Below are positions 51,301-61,790 of a stretch of DNA of 64,000 nt, piece after piece. Numbering within the stretch: the stretch's first letter is position 1; each line of letters opens with the position of its first letter. The DNA comes from Lingula anatina. Lineage: Eukaryota; Animalia; Brachiopoda. The stretch spans positions 3,348,001 through 3,412,000 of the forward strand of contig CM120647.1 of the NCBI GenBank assembly GCA_051362555.1, read 5' to 3'. A program made the translations under genes and the position numbers. A model generated the notes under the pieces. That model had not been told where the DNA came from. It searched no databases and worked only from the letters and a program-made list of their open reading frames with translations.

Positions 51301-54300
51301 TTGTATGAATGACAAATAACACAATGACATGCTACTAGTATGTATATGTGAGAATGTACATCTTACCTGTAGATGTGTCGTTGAAGATCTTGATACCAAA
51401 GACCATGCTTTGCAAACCATATGTGTCCCAGTTACTGGCCCTGCTATATAACCGGATGGTTACACTAGAACTGTTTATTGGAACATCTGAAGGAAGTGAA
51501 TCGTTTGTCTGGTCAGCATAAAGAAGTCGCCTTGAGAGAAGAGGAGACGATCCCTTGAATATTTCCAGTTGAAAACGTTGCAGATTAAACTGTACAATTT
51601 GGATTGTGATATTCCGTCCAAGTTCAGAACGTATTGCACGCGTACAATTAAAATAATTTCCTCCGTGCTGTTTTCCGTGAGAATAATAAACCAAAGTTCT
51701 ATTATTAACAATGAGCATTTTGGAAGTTCTTTCGCAAATATTATCGACCCCATAAACGTCACTAGGCCATCCCACAGATTCTTGTTTGACCCTAGTATTG
51801 AGTGGTACACTTCTCGGGGAAGCCACAACAGCATTTATCCCAACACCTCTGTTGTTAAGGAACTCGTTACGTTTAATGATGCTGGATTTCACTGCTGGTC
51901 CAATTAGTTCAATACCGTTCAACCTTGACTGGACCACTCGTGAGTTCTGTATGATGATACTGGGGCTGAAAGACTGCACAGTCGCGCCGTACATGTTCCC
52001 TTTGTAACCTGCATTTAAAACGTCTACAAAGACCAATTCCGAAGGGCTAGTACTGACGTCATCTGAAGCAAACACCAATCCTTGCCAATAAGAGCAATTA
52101 GCTGTTTGGTATTGACAGCCAAAGACAACCCTTTTTTTCTTTTCTCCCCTGGCAACTATCCGTCCCAGAACGAGGATCCCTTTGTCCCTTGCTGGCTTAA
52201 TCCAAACACCAGGTTCAATGAAAACCTCAACGCCGGGCAAAATAGTCCAGTCTTCTTTTAGATAGAATGGAGAACCTGTTGCTTCTAATGTGATGGACTT
52301 GTTCAGCCACCCGCCAAGGACGTTTCTTTGTGGAAGTCCCTCTGTGACGTCAGGAGTGTACACCATCTCGTTCGATCTTGACACAAATGGAAGTATTCGC
52401 ACTTCCGGTAGATACATGTCGTTGTGTGCATCATATATACGTTTTCTCACGCAGCCGGTATTTTCACATCCCCACGTGTTGTACCTGGCTTCAGTGGTGT
52501 CTGTCCATTTTGTAGAACGAGTCTTGACATATACCTCTGCCTCCAGGCCCGGGTTTTGAAGCGTGTTGTTTTGAATGTAGACATTTCCATAACCATCTAA
52601 AACGAGAGCAGCTGACATTGGGGGCTGTGATGGCTGACGTTCGTTGTTGCCGAATGAATAAGTGTTGTTAGCAATGATATTCCCTACCAGTCCAACGTTT
52701 GGGGTTTTGCTTAGGTCATAGGATGTTTTCTCCATATTCATGACGATGATATTTCTGTAATGGTTACCTAATATATCATTGTTCACGAATTGTATTGTCT
52801 TTTCGTATCCCCGATACAAGGTCATTGACCCAGAGCTGTACTCATTGTCTGTGATGTTATTCCCCGATACTGTCATATGTAGAGCACCACCGCTGATGTC
52901 AAGTACATGATGTCTGTTATCAGTGATTTCGTTGTTCAAGAACTGAATGTCCACATCTTTGGGGTTGTCTTCCCGGACACTGTACTGTAACAATGTGTTC
53001 CTGGTATTTCTGATCTTACATCCGTCAATGGTAAACTGTTCTCGATTTCCACGGTAATTGTGGATATAAACTCCATAGTCATTGGAATCTAAGGTTGTAT
53101 TTTTGATTGAGATGGCGAAAGATGGTAACAATTCATTCACCAGTGGAACATTAGATACACTATATAACCTAACATCCACCAGTCTGTTGTTTCCTACTAT
53201 GACTGAGTCTTTAATGTCAATACCTAACTGGCCAACATCGGGGTCTTCTGGATGTCTCCTGTCAGTCCATATTCCATTAGTGTAGCCTTGGTATGGGACA
53301 TACACTGCTGTGGAGGACCCGCTGATTATAACATTGTTCAATGTTAGACTTGGTTTGTATGGTGGCAGGTCGTCTGAAAATTACAAATATCCTTTGATGA
53401 TCACACCATAGATTATATCCCCTAAATATGTCATTATTTCGCCTTATATGCGTTCCTCAATCATTCTTTAATCTTATCAGCGTGTATCAATCTATCATAT
53501 CGGCATTTTTATGTTGCTAGTCCAGGTAAATACAGAACACAACAAACCCACGAACAGCATTTTAACCCCAAAACTGGTGATTTGACGTCATCTTCAAAAT
53601 GACCACACGCTTTTTGTTGACAAATAATGTTCATGTATATCATTACATTATATCATTACAGCCGGTTATATATTAAATTGTTTTAGCTTGATTGTTTACT
53701 AACATGCTATATAACATTCATATTTATGAATGAGAGTTGTTTATTTCTGTAAATATATAGGCCTTCGGTCTTATATTACAGTTGTTCTTACATTACATTT
53801 GAATTTTTTTGCACTATAGTTTAAATGCACTTATGTATTATTTCTTTTAGAAGTAATAATAATAAAAGAAATAATACATGAGTGCATTTAAACTATAGTG
53901 CAAAAAAATTCATATTTCACAACTATATGTCTACAGAAGTAGTAAGCTCTAGTCTTATTTTTTCTGCATTTATCAAAAATAAAGCAACGCTGCGTAACAC
54001 ATGAGTTTCTTTTGTGCCCATTAGTCTTATAAATAATCCATCTTACTCACATTTAAATTGCAAAAGTTCCCTAACCATTTGATCCTAAAATCTTGGAACA
54101 AAGGGCACATATTTATGAAATTCATTTAATGAAAGTTTATGGTTATCTCTTTGTCTACCTTAATGTTGGGTAATTCCTCATTTCCAGGCATTTTTGTCGA
54201 AGCAAACATTTCTCATGAATTCACGTTGCGAGCCATGCCGAAACAATTGCGCTCTTTTATGTATACCAAGATGCAAGCGATAGTAGGGTATATCTGTGCA

Positions 54301-57300
54301 CTTCAAATATCTATTCAATATCGGAAAACTTAGTTCGTTATTTTTCTCTGTCAAGTATGTTCTATGAAAGAAACACGCTTTTTATTTCGGTTCACTTTCT
54401 GGAGTGTGCAAAACTGCAAATCAATATATGACAGATAAAAACAATTTATGAAACAATTACTGAGTTAGACGATGCGTTTGAGCCAACTATCATATCTAAT
54501 TACAAGTTAACACCTATTAGTTTCTGGTGCTTACCTTTCACCGCCATAACTACTGCGTACATATATAAACTGCATCCAGTGCAGCTGTTTCTCCAACCCT
54601 TCAGGAACTGTAGTGTGTTAGTAGAGGTGGTGATAACGGAATCCGTCGAGTTCAGACCTACTGTCCAGTTTTTCACAGTATCTGTCAAAAGTAGCTCGAA
54701 GTCACGATAACCACCGTAGATGATAAAAACCCGTAGTCTGAGGTCTGACCTGGTTGTAAAGGTTCCGCATTGTGTACGCGCATACATGTAGTGATAAAAT
54801 GGGATCATATCGCCTTCATTGGCCAGATATGATACACCACAGTCTTCTTTATAGGAAGTAAAGTACGGTGTCCTTGTCCAACTGTGTGGTCCTGATTGAA
54901 ACAATACAGCATAAGAGTTTATGTCTTCCATTCGTGAATGCCTTAGAGTTGCGCTCAGTGTATATGTTTCAAAGGCGTTGGTATCGATGTCTGCCATCAC
55001 CATGTTAGTCATATTTCGATCCAGTCCATCTACGTATACTTGTCGAATGCCTCCCCCAGAGGTAAGAATGGCCACGTTGTCAATGATATGTCGGTTGAAA
55101 TCGACCTGCAAAGAAGGGCCTGTTCTGCTTGACCCGGACTCAAAGTATCCAGCAAACTGCATCACCGCATGTTGTATAGAGCTGGGACGAGCCGTCAGAC
55201 CTAATCGTATACCGGTCCACGTGGACTCTCGTGAATACTTGGTGCACACAACTCTGAAGAACATAGTGCACCTATATCTTTGCATACCCGTAAAGCAGTC
55301 ATTTTCAAAGTCCGTTTCAGTCCCAGCACAATTTATATTTAACCCCAGTTTATTCGTATCAGAAATCGAGCTCATGTGCCTAAGAGAAACATATCCAAGT
55401 CGCCTGCATTCTCCGTCCAACCATGTTGTCAACATCGGCCCTCTCAATGAAGAATCATAACAGACTGGCAATATATCTCCTCTTTCTTCTCCGTAAAGTA
55501 GTCCATAAAACGATACCGCGTCATATGATTGCGATGGTCCTCGAAGCAACGAAAATTTACCAAAATCTGTTTTAGATGTGACATTTTTCGTTGTAGCCAA
55601 CTTCCCCTTGGCGGTAAAGATGCACTTCTTACTCTCTGTTCCACTGACATTAAGTCTTCCTTCAATGTACAGCCCCAAAGAATCTTCAAATTCTAAAACC
55701 ACGCCTGGTTCTATGGTTAATGTGGCGTTGGCTGTCACGTTCAAGTCACGTGTCACCGTGTACGGCCTACCAGTGTCCATTAGAGTTAGGTCGGTGTCAA
55801 TGCGGCCACCGAGTGTGTAGGGAGATGGTGCTGGATCCCCATCTATCGTTGCTGAGGACAAACTGGAGAGATCAGACGTGATATAGAACGGAGTGTATAG
55901 GAACTCGGTTCTCAGAGTGTAGCGCCTTGTATTATCCATAATCCCAGAGTAAACATCTTGCGGGTTTGATGTTCCCCAGTAATTGCGTGACACATCTAGT
56001 GTTCTAAAGACGGAATTCTCGTGCCATGTGGCCAGTTGATATTCGACCAACAAGTTTTCGAAAATATTGTCTGTGAATGTGAAACTACTCGGAGCATTTA
56101 TCAAGGCCGTGATAGCACCAACCTCATGTCTTTTGTTTTCCGTTCTTACACTGTTGTTTCTAAATTTATTTCCAGTCATGAACAAACTGGAGGCAGAAAC
56201 ACAAAGAACACACTGGGACACGTCATTATCGGATAACGTGTTGTTGAGAAATTGGGTGTCCCAGCTGTAAGTATCTATTATAAAAGCTGCAGTCCCATTA
56301 GTTTTAGAAACCGAATTCTCATTCACTTGGACGGAACTGAGTCTGTTTGATCCACATCTATAACTCGACCCTAACTCCAGGGCAGTTTCACTTTGATTGT
56401 GGAAGACATTGCCGGACACTACGATGTCTGTTAGGGCACACTGTTTGGCTTGCGGTACTGATATACCAAATAAATTATCCATCAGGGTGTTGTTTTGAAA
56501 AATGAAGCTGATTTTATCTGATAATGTCCACACCGGGGTTGTGCCAACAGACAAAGCATAGTTAGAGGAGTTAATGAGTTCACTGTTCTTCACGGTAACA
56601 TTCCTCTGGATGTGCTCAAAGTACACATGGTTGATGTTATTCACAAAGGTGCTGTCTTGAAGCACAATTGTACCGGAGCCCTTATACACGTGCAGACCTG
56701 TCTCTGAGGAATGTGCCACACGAGAGCCTGATATGCGAATTGGTTGCAGTTGATTCTCGATAAAAATTCCATATCCGGATGTTGTAACTTTGACGATATT
56801 CAATGATAAACCCCTCGAGTGACCTGAATAAGCTGTAAAAATACGAGTTTACGTACTAGTATATAACTTTACGTAACAATAGCATATTCTTATCAAACAT
56901 TTTCATGGGATATTTAGCTGTATATGCTGACATTATGACAGGCATGACTCACTTAGTCATTATGAACTGAAAGTGAAAATGAATTCGATATACTGCGATA
57001 TATGGAGATGCACCGAATTATTTTCTCTCACAAAATTAATATTTACTCACCGGCAACGGACTGAACTGTAAACATTCCTTGATATCGTTCGCTAGAGTCA
57101 ATATTGAGTCTTGAAAATGACAGCAAGACTGACCCACCACTTGTGTAGAGAGGAGACGGCATGTTTACCTCGGTACCGTACATATACACTCTCTCCAGCC
57201 GCCGGGAGGACGAACTGTTTCCGTCAAATATATCCAGTATGTTACGATTTGTATGCCAACGTGTCCTTATATATAGTACACGCAACGCCAAAATATATCC

Positions 57301-58129
57301 TGGGTTTTGACTTCGAAACACCTATATGATGGAACACAAGAAATTGAAATACATGTAATATGAAACAACATCGCTAATGTAAGTATTATCATTTACACAT
57401 GTACTTAAATAATTCAACGCTTGCTAAATGATAATTAAAGCAAAATGTCAAGATGTATGGCCAGAATCTTTTGTAAAAAGTTAATATTTTTCTACTCTGT
57501 TTTACAATGGGCCATGCATTGGACAAGCTAACCTTTACATATGACAAGTCACTGAGCTGCTAAGTTCCAGTAAGTACCTACCTGAGAACAGGAAGACCTT
57601 GACCCCAGATGAAGGTCAGTCGTGTCAAAGCTGACAATGAGCGGTTCTCCATCAGGAACGGTTGTTTCCGGCAGTTGGCACATCTTATACGAGGGCAGCG
57701 GGGAAGTTCTGTTGTAATATAAACCTGCTTTGTGGACATTAGATATCTGGACATTGTCCATTGCCAGGTCACCACCAAAGCTTCTGAAGGAAACCCCGTT
57801 GCCCATGCTATCCTCAATGCTACTATTCTTGATCGCCGCATGTCCAGTTATATCTCTGAGAAGAACACCATTACCGATGACATTTGTGATGTTCAGGTTA
57901 TCAAGCACAGGTGGGCTTCCACTAATCGATATGGCTGCAGTATCATTTGAGTGTGTCCCGATGTTAGGAAGACCAGCGAATTCGATGTCGACATATTGGA
58001 GATCACTTAAACCTGACACGGAGGAGTTAGTCGCCAGCTCTATCCCAGACCAGTACTTGGCTGTTTCGTTGGCAATCCCACGATAACCAGAGTAACCTGA
58101 GCACTGCAGCCACACGTCTTGACTGTGAA
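25385..58129 (-). CDS. Giant mosaic type-I membrane protein (Bark beetle/Anakonda-like + CBM14 + CTL + EGF + PSI + VWD/EGF + cadherin); 41 exons, about 4,178 aa visible, 5' end missing
   Basis: All 41 exons have AG acceptors, all 40 introns have GT donors, and phases chain consistently to the TAG at 25385-25387. The first visible exon starts inside an SRCR domain (HSQDVWLQC). Possible polyA signal at 25181-25186. Confidence 0.9.
26081..27070 (-). CDS. Exon (990 nt): EGF repeats, two cadherin repeats, Thr/Ser-rich stalk
   Basis: [37 protein letters not shown] and AEDGG cadherin motifs. Confidence 0.92.
27376..27545 (-). CDS. Exon: EGF-like repeats
   Basis: [10 protein letters not shown]...[24 protein letters not shown]. 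Confidence 0.9.
27839..28097 (-). CDS. Exon: EGF-like repeats
   Basis: [21 protein letters not shown]...CSGHGIC. Confidence 0.9.
28330..28482 (-). CDS. Exon: EGF-like repeats
   Basis: [24 protein letters not shown]. Confidence 0.9.
29274..29363 (-). CDS. Exon: EGF-like repeat
   Basis: [29 protein letters not shown]. Confidence 0.88.
29846..29935 (-). CDS. Exon: EGF-like repeat
   Basis: [25 protein letters not shown]. Confidence 0.9.
30687..30776 (-). CDS. Exon: EGF-like repeat
   Basis: [27 protein letters not shown]. Confidence 0.9.
31031..31274. repeat. Two (TA)n microsatellites (31031-31094 and 31230-31274)
   Basis: Directly visible. Confidence 0.95.
31285..31402 (-). CDS. Exon: post-VWD helical Cys segment
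   Basis: [28 protein letters not shown]. Confidence 0.85.
31845..32005 (-). CDS. Exon: post-VWD linker
   Basis: WRISTSF...SQAEMK. Confidence 0.82.
32301..32501 (-). CDS. Exon: VWD domain end
   Basis: [20 protein letters not shown]...FAES. Confidence 0.9.
32908..33047 (-). CDS. Exon: VWD domain
   Basis: RIDGLVQ...MIAIQYDT. Confidence 0.85.
33345..33540 (-). CDS. Exon: VWD domain
   Basis: [15 protein letters not shown]...VQVRFF. Confidence 0.9.
33855..33998 (-). CDS. Exon: EGF-like repeat and VWD start (GDPH)
   Basis: CFGNGDC...FWTGVCC...[11 protein letters not shown]. Confidence 0.9.
34245..34417 (-). CDS. Exon: Cys-rich/EGF-like segment
   Basis: [19 protein letters not shown]...[12 protein letters not shown]. 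Confidence 0.85.
34605..34738 (-). CDS. Exon: Cys-rich repeats
   Basis: [28 protein letters not shown]...DGTCYCPND. Confidence 0.85.
35062..35202 (-). CDS. Exon: Cys-rich repeats
   Basis: [13 protein letters not shown]...CPCHCADG...DGTCE. Confidence 0.85.
35463..35547 (-). CDS. Exon: start of Cys-rich repeats
   Basis: [28 protein letters not shown]. Confidence 0.8.
35813..36056 (-). CDS. Exon: unassigned region
   Basis: DPGVVSQSE...[10 protein letters not shown]...VKVSA; phase matches the exon at 42250. Confidence 0.8.
36319..36363. repeat. (GT)n followed by a poly-G run
   Basis: Directly visible. Confidence 0.9.
37400..39050. repeat. Foldback-like imperfect inverted repeat built from diverged ~130-150-bp subunits
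   Basis: CAGGAATCCTAG (38170) pairs with CTAGGATTCCTG (38293), and AATATAGGTCA with TGACCTATATT. GGGTGTGGCCGTCCCTGGGG-type motifs on the left face CCCCAGGGACAGCCACACCCC-type motifs on the right. Confidence 0.7.
39399..40860. mobile_element. 1,462-bp non-autonomous Tc1/mariner-type element nested in the TGT...ACA element
   Basis: Perfect 25-bp TIR CAGTGCCGCCGGAATGTCCCCTTAC; TA on both flanks. Confidence 0.88.
40998..41119. mobile_element. hAT-like MITE with 5-bp TSD
   Basis: CAAGCGGATCTAGG / CCTACATACGCCTG termini; TGCAT on both flanks. Confidence 0.65.
42250..42418 (-). CDS. Exon: unassigned region
   Basis: VTDVTHDVD...[15 protein letters not shown]...LKDLI. Confidence 0.8.
43061..43162 (-). 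CDS. Exon: unassigned region
   Basis: [34 protein letters not shown]; phase 0-0, GTAAGT donor. Confidence 0.72.
43391..43535 (-). CDS. Exon: unassigned beta-rich region
   Basis: YTEVNED...[21 protein letters not shown]; GTAAGT donor. Confidence 0.8.
43823..43989 (-). CDS. Exon: unassigned beta-rich region
   Basis: [25 protein letters not shown]...YEALV. Confidence 0.75.
44342..44524 (-). CDS. Exon: unassigned region
   Basis: [17 protein letters not shown]...KKKAMFE. Confidence 0.75.
44779..44944 (-). CDS. Exon: unassigned region
   Basis: PIAVSP...[17 protein letters not shown]. Confidence 0.8.
45342..45573 (-). CDS. Exon: unassigned region
   Basis: DHVFKCLG...[19 protein letters not shown]...AMSF. 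Confidence 0.8.
45772..45969 (-). CDS. Exon: unassigned region
   Basis: [21 protein letters not shown]...VHVLK. Confidence 0.8.
46426..46542 (-). CDS. Exon: unassigned region
   Basis: HSILVTRDK...[20 protein letters not shown]. Confidence 0.8.
46969..47143 (-). CDS. Exon: unassigned region
   Basis: [16 protein letters not shown]...[12 protein letters not shown]. Confidence 0.78.
47451..47552 (-). CDS. Exon: Cys-rich unassigned segment
   Basis: [34 protein letters not shown]; phase 0-0. Confidence 0.82.
47924..48127 (-). CDS. Exon: PSI domain
   Basis: [28 protein letters not shown]. Confidence 0.9.
48388..48569 (-). CDS. Exon: two EGF-like repeats
   Basis: [28 protein letters not shown]...CKCQPGWQ. 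Confidence 0.9.
48803..48911 (-). CDS. Exon: C-type lectin-like domain, end
   Basis: EDGKCPLF...[15 protein letters not shown]. Confidence 0.82.
49169..49291 (-). CDS. Exon: C-type lectin-like domain, middle
   Basis: [17 protein letters not shown]...[10 protein letters not shown]. Confidence 0.8.
49445..49539 (-). CDS. Exon: C-type lectin-like domain, start
   Basis: [31 protein letters not shown]. Confidence 0.88.
49745..49948 (-). CDS. Exon: chitin-binding peritrophin-A (CBM14) domain
   Basis: [47 protein letters not shown]; phase 1-1. Confidence 0.85.
50357..51181 (-). CDS. Exon (825 nt): beta-helix repeats
   Basis: 322-aa ORF with VNASSNWWG; phase 1-1. Confidence 0.9.
51367..53373 (-). 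CDS. Exon (2007 nt): beta-helix repeats and CUB-like domain
   Basis: 668-aa ORF with [24 protein letters not shown]; phase 1-1. Confidence 0.92.
53800..53912. repeat. Intronic hairpin with 50-bp arms and a 13-nt loop
   Basis: TGAATTTTTTTGCACTATAGTTTAAATGCAC... is inverted at the right end with one mismatch. Confidence 0.9.
54535..56832 (-). CDS. Exon (2298 nt): beta-helix repeats, SRCR-like insert, degenerate CUB
   Basis: 767-aa ORF with NYWGT and [24 protein letters not shown]; phase 1-1. Confidence 0.92.
57051..57321 (-). CDS. Exon: CUB-like domain
   Basis: [14 protein letters not shown]...[11 protein letters not shown]; GTGAGT donor. Confidence 0.88.
57582..58129 (-). CDS. Exon: SRCR end, parallel beta-helix, CUB start
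   Basis: ORF 57549-58160; TTTTCAG acceptor, GTAGGT donor. Confidence 0.88.
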
Positions 58130-58654
58130 CTGAAAAATTCAACAACATAAAGGCTTGCATATTATGATCAACTTAGGGAAACGGTATGTGAACAGAACTC
58201 GATGTTATTGTTCACAGTTTATTTTGGTTACAGTTGACTGACTCATTTTACACATTTCTGAAAGTCGCTTAGCACTAGGAGAACGACAAAGACAAAAACA
58301 TTGGAAGACCACAGAAGGACAGGCGGCATTGGTGGCAGCTATTTCAATTTGTGTTTTTACTCACGACAAATAGATGGTCTAGGAGGTGGAGAACTAGGAC
58401 ACAAGTGGAACGTCTTGATAATACTGTTTATTAACATATGGTATGCAGATCATTGCAAAAAAGATCAAAAGAACAAAGGGATGACTACACAACCCCAAAG
58501 ACTACATCAGTAGCATTGTAGCGTATTGGGATCAAAGACAAGAGTGCAACAACAGTTTTGAAGAGCTACAATGTAGGTTCAAACTTTCTATGTAAAATAT
58601 CAAAACCCAAAGCCCTTGCAAGATCGACTAAGACCACATCTTTTACCCGGAACT

Positions 58655-58735
58655 ATTGAGGCTTGTGTGTACGAACTTAGATCTTGGCTCAGGTCCAACT
58701 ACTTAGTCTTCAATGATGGTAAAACTAAATTGGCC
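58655..58735 (+). pseudogene. Short CR1/L2-type reverse transcriptase relic
   Basis: Translates as IEACVYELRSWLRSNYLVFNDGKTK. Confidence 0.45.
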
Positions 58736-58889
58736 CACTTCCACTCTGAGTTTTATTAAACCTTAAATGAATCAAATATAAATATATATAAAGTAGGAAA
58801 CGATATCTCTGTGGTAAAGAAAGCAAACAATAAAACATATTCTCTGGTTAAATAATACAAAACAAAAAGCAATGTGTCCGTCAATGAGA

Positions 58890-60600
58890 CTCTATGATCA
58901 AACCAAACATTAATTTTGGATATCTCAGTCCTGACAATTAATCTTTCATTCTTAATCAAATTTAACATTGTGGATGAATAAAAACACATTACACAGGTTT
59001 TAGACCTGGATATCGGACAACCGATCATATTTTTACACTAAAATCACTGATAAACAAGTACATGAAAAAAAAAACGCTTATATGCTTGTTTCATTGGTAT
59101 ACGCAAAGCTTTTGACACAGTATGGCATAAAGGACTTTTCCTGAAACTTCTCAAAACCGGAATTTGAGGCAGAGTATACAACATTATTAAATACATGTAT
59201 GAAAACACAAGATGAGGTGTATCATTAGACAAAGGATATACTCAACCTTTTTTATCTAAAATTGGCATAAGACAAGGGGACAACCTTAGTCCCATATTGT
59301 TTAACATCGATCTTTATTGATGACATAAAAGCTGAACTTTACACTGTTAATTACAGCTCCAAAGTTGAGGAATTAAGTCATATACTGTATGCAGATGACT
59401 TGGTTTTGATTTCTAAAACAAAAGATGGCTTGCAAACCCTGTTGAATAAACTTGAGAGGTATTGTGAGAGATGGAAATTACGTGTAAACAAAGAGAAATC
59501 AAAAGTTATAGTTTTTCATAAATCTGGTAGAACTGAATCACTTAATTTTGTCATAAATGATAGACCAACTGAAATAGTTAAACAATATCAATACTTAGGG
59601 GTAATATTTACTAACACGGGATCACTAAAGAAAACCTTGGGAAATCTAAAACAAAAAGCTCTCAAAGCAATCTTAGACTTAAAAGGAACACTAGCATCAA
59701 ATGAAATATCCTTTCCACTTCTTACAATGTCACTCTTTGACAAAATGATTAAGCCCATACTACTTTATGGGTGCGAAGTCTGGGGACAAGAAATATTATC
59801 ACAAAAAAGATGACTTTGGAAAAAATAAATAAAATGCCTTTCGAGCAAGTACACTTGAAATTTTGTAAATGGGCATTAGGAAATCTGCCAGCAATAATGC
59901 CTGCCGAGCAGAACTGGATCGCCTCCCAATATATTTGGACATAGTAAAATTAGTCTCAAAATACAGTGCTAGACTCCAAGAAGTCCCAGATAACAGAATT
60001 GTTAAACAAGCATATAACAGGGAAAAAAATAGAAAATGGAAGTAACTGGTATCAGACAATGTCAAATATTAAAATTTGTTGGGAACTTAATACAAACAGA
60101 CATACTTGCCAAATCCACAACTACCCAGATCTTGAAATAGAAATAATTAATGAAATAAAACGAAAATTTTGGTAAGAAATCCATAGAAATACCAACAAAC
60201 TCCGCACCTACAGCATTAAGAAATCCTATGAAGCTGAGCCATTTTTGGAATTAAAAGTCTCTTTTACATATAAAAAAATTCTAGCCCAAATGAGGGTCAG
60301 TGACCACGAGTTAGAAATTGAAAGAGGCAGATATACCCACCCCAAAACAAAAATTGAAGATAGAAAGTGTCCTCACTGTAATGCAGTGGAAGATGAAGTT
60401 CACTTTTTTCTTGAGTGTACTACTTATAAACTAGATAGAGAAATATTATTTGCTGCCTTACCAGAGGTAAATGTGCAGGGTCTAGCAGACGATACACTAC
60501 CCGCCCTTTTAAATGTGTCAAATGAGAGAGGTGTGTTCGCACTTGTAAAGTTTATAAACAGTGCTCTCAGAAAACGGAAGCTAGTAATAATTTTGTTTCC
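58890..60600 (+). mobile_element. 5'-truncated, decayed non-LTR retrotransposon ORF2 (RT plus C-terminal CCHC; RTE-X-like)
   Basis: RKAFDTVWHKGL, GIRQGDNLSPILFN, LYADDLVL, YLGVIF, PILLYGCEVWG and CPHC...EDEVHFFLEC; several stops and frameshifts. Confidence 0.9.
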
Positions 60601-61538
60601 GTTGTACAACGTTTTAAAAACGTTTGAAATGTTTTAATCCCTATCCTGTGAATAGAAAGGGGCGGATAAACAATGGAGAGCCGTCTAAATCCCTTCAAAA
60701 TTCGAACGCAAAAACAATAGTTTAGACGTAATAACACAATACCTTAGGCAAGTGAACCCCATGACGCCGGTTTATGTGGTCCAGCGCGAGCGCGACATTT
60801 CCGCTGTAACTAGGTGTTATTAACAGCAGGATACATCAGCCAGAAGGTCCCCATTATTTGTTGCGGCGATTGGATTATAGCTTTAAGAGGCTAGAACCCA
60901 TGCTAACGCGTGCCACGCGTAGCGAACTGTCCTCTCGTTCACTAATTTGGCACGCGCAGCTGATTATGTTTTTCGTGTTGCCAACAAACTGCTAGTGAAA
61001 TTTGTTATCAGTTACTTCATTCAATGTGAATTTTTCCGCAGTCAAAAACTGAACTATTGTTTGTTTGATTAACATGCATGAGCGTCAGCACCAACCTGTC
61101 TCAAAAAAATCTTATTGCATTAATTTATAAATGTATCATTAATTATAAATATACTGCATTCAAGTATATAAATGTATGAGGAATAAGGAAAGAATGTGTT
61201 ACTAATACTATACTTATATTATTATATTGAAATTAAATGAGGTGCATTGACAGAGGCGCAAGGACAATCTAAATCCAACAGAGGGAAGTCTGACTGTGTG
61301 ATAACACAATTTATGAAAGTACGGTCAATTAACAGTGTAAATCATCAGTTAAAGAGGAGGGGTCTTACTATAGCTTGATATCTATTGTTAAACGCGACTG
61401 TTATTATCTCTCGAACAAGCTTAAACAAAAATCTTCTATTCAACTCGCTTAGACCTAGGGCGTAATGCTACTATCATCCGATTAAACACCTACACTGAAC
61501 CCTCTACCTGAACCTGAAGTCCCCCTAGCTGAAACAAA

Positions 61539-61790
61539 GGCTTCGTTCACATGCAATGTCTATTTTCTATTTTCTATTTTCTATTTTCGGTATGTCTTAT
61601 GATCACGGTCTGTGCACTGAATATCCCGCGGCGTAATTACTGGCAGCGCGAGCCAGTTACTATAAGTTACTATAAGTAACTGGCTCGCGCTGCCAGTAAT
61701 TACGCGGCGGGATATTCAGTGCACAGACCGTGATCATAAGACATACCGAAAATAGAAAATAGAAAATAGACATTGCATGTGAACGAAGCC
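61539..61790. mobile_element. 252-bp almost perfectly palindromic MITE (PIF/Harbinger-like termini)
   Basis: GGCTTCGTTCACATG...CATGTGAACGAAGCC; AAA on both flanks. Confidence 0.85.

Noticed and set aside
50250-56803. Large beta-helix ORFs as bacterial autotransporter or pectate lyase genes
   Set aside because: They are bounded by canonical splice sites, join in phase with neighbouring exons and include animal CUB/SRCR modules.
50374-58086. Plus-strand ORFs overlapping the large exons (also at 26050-27181)
   Set aside because: They are antisense shadows of the minus-strand coding exons, with no independent support.
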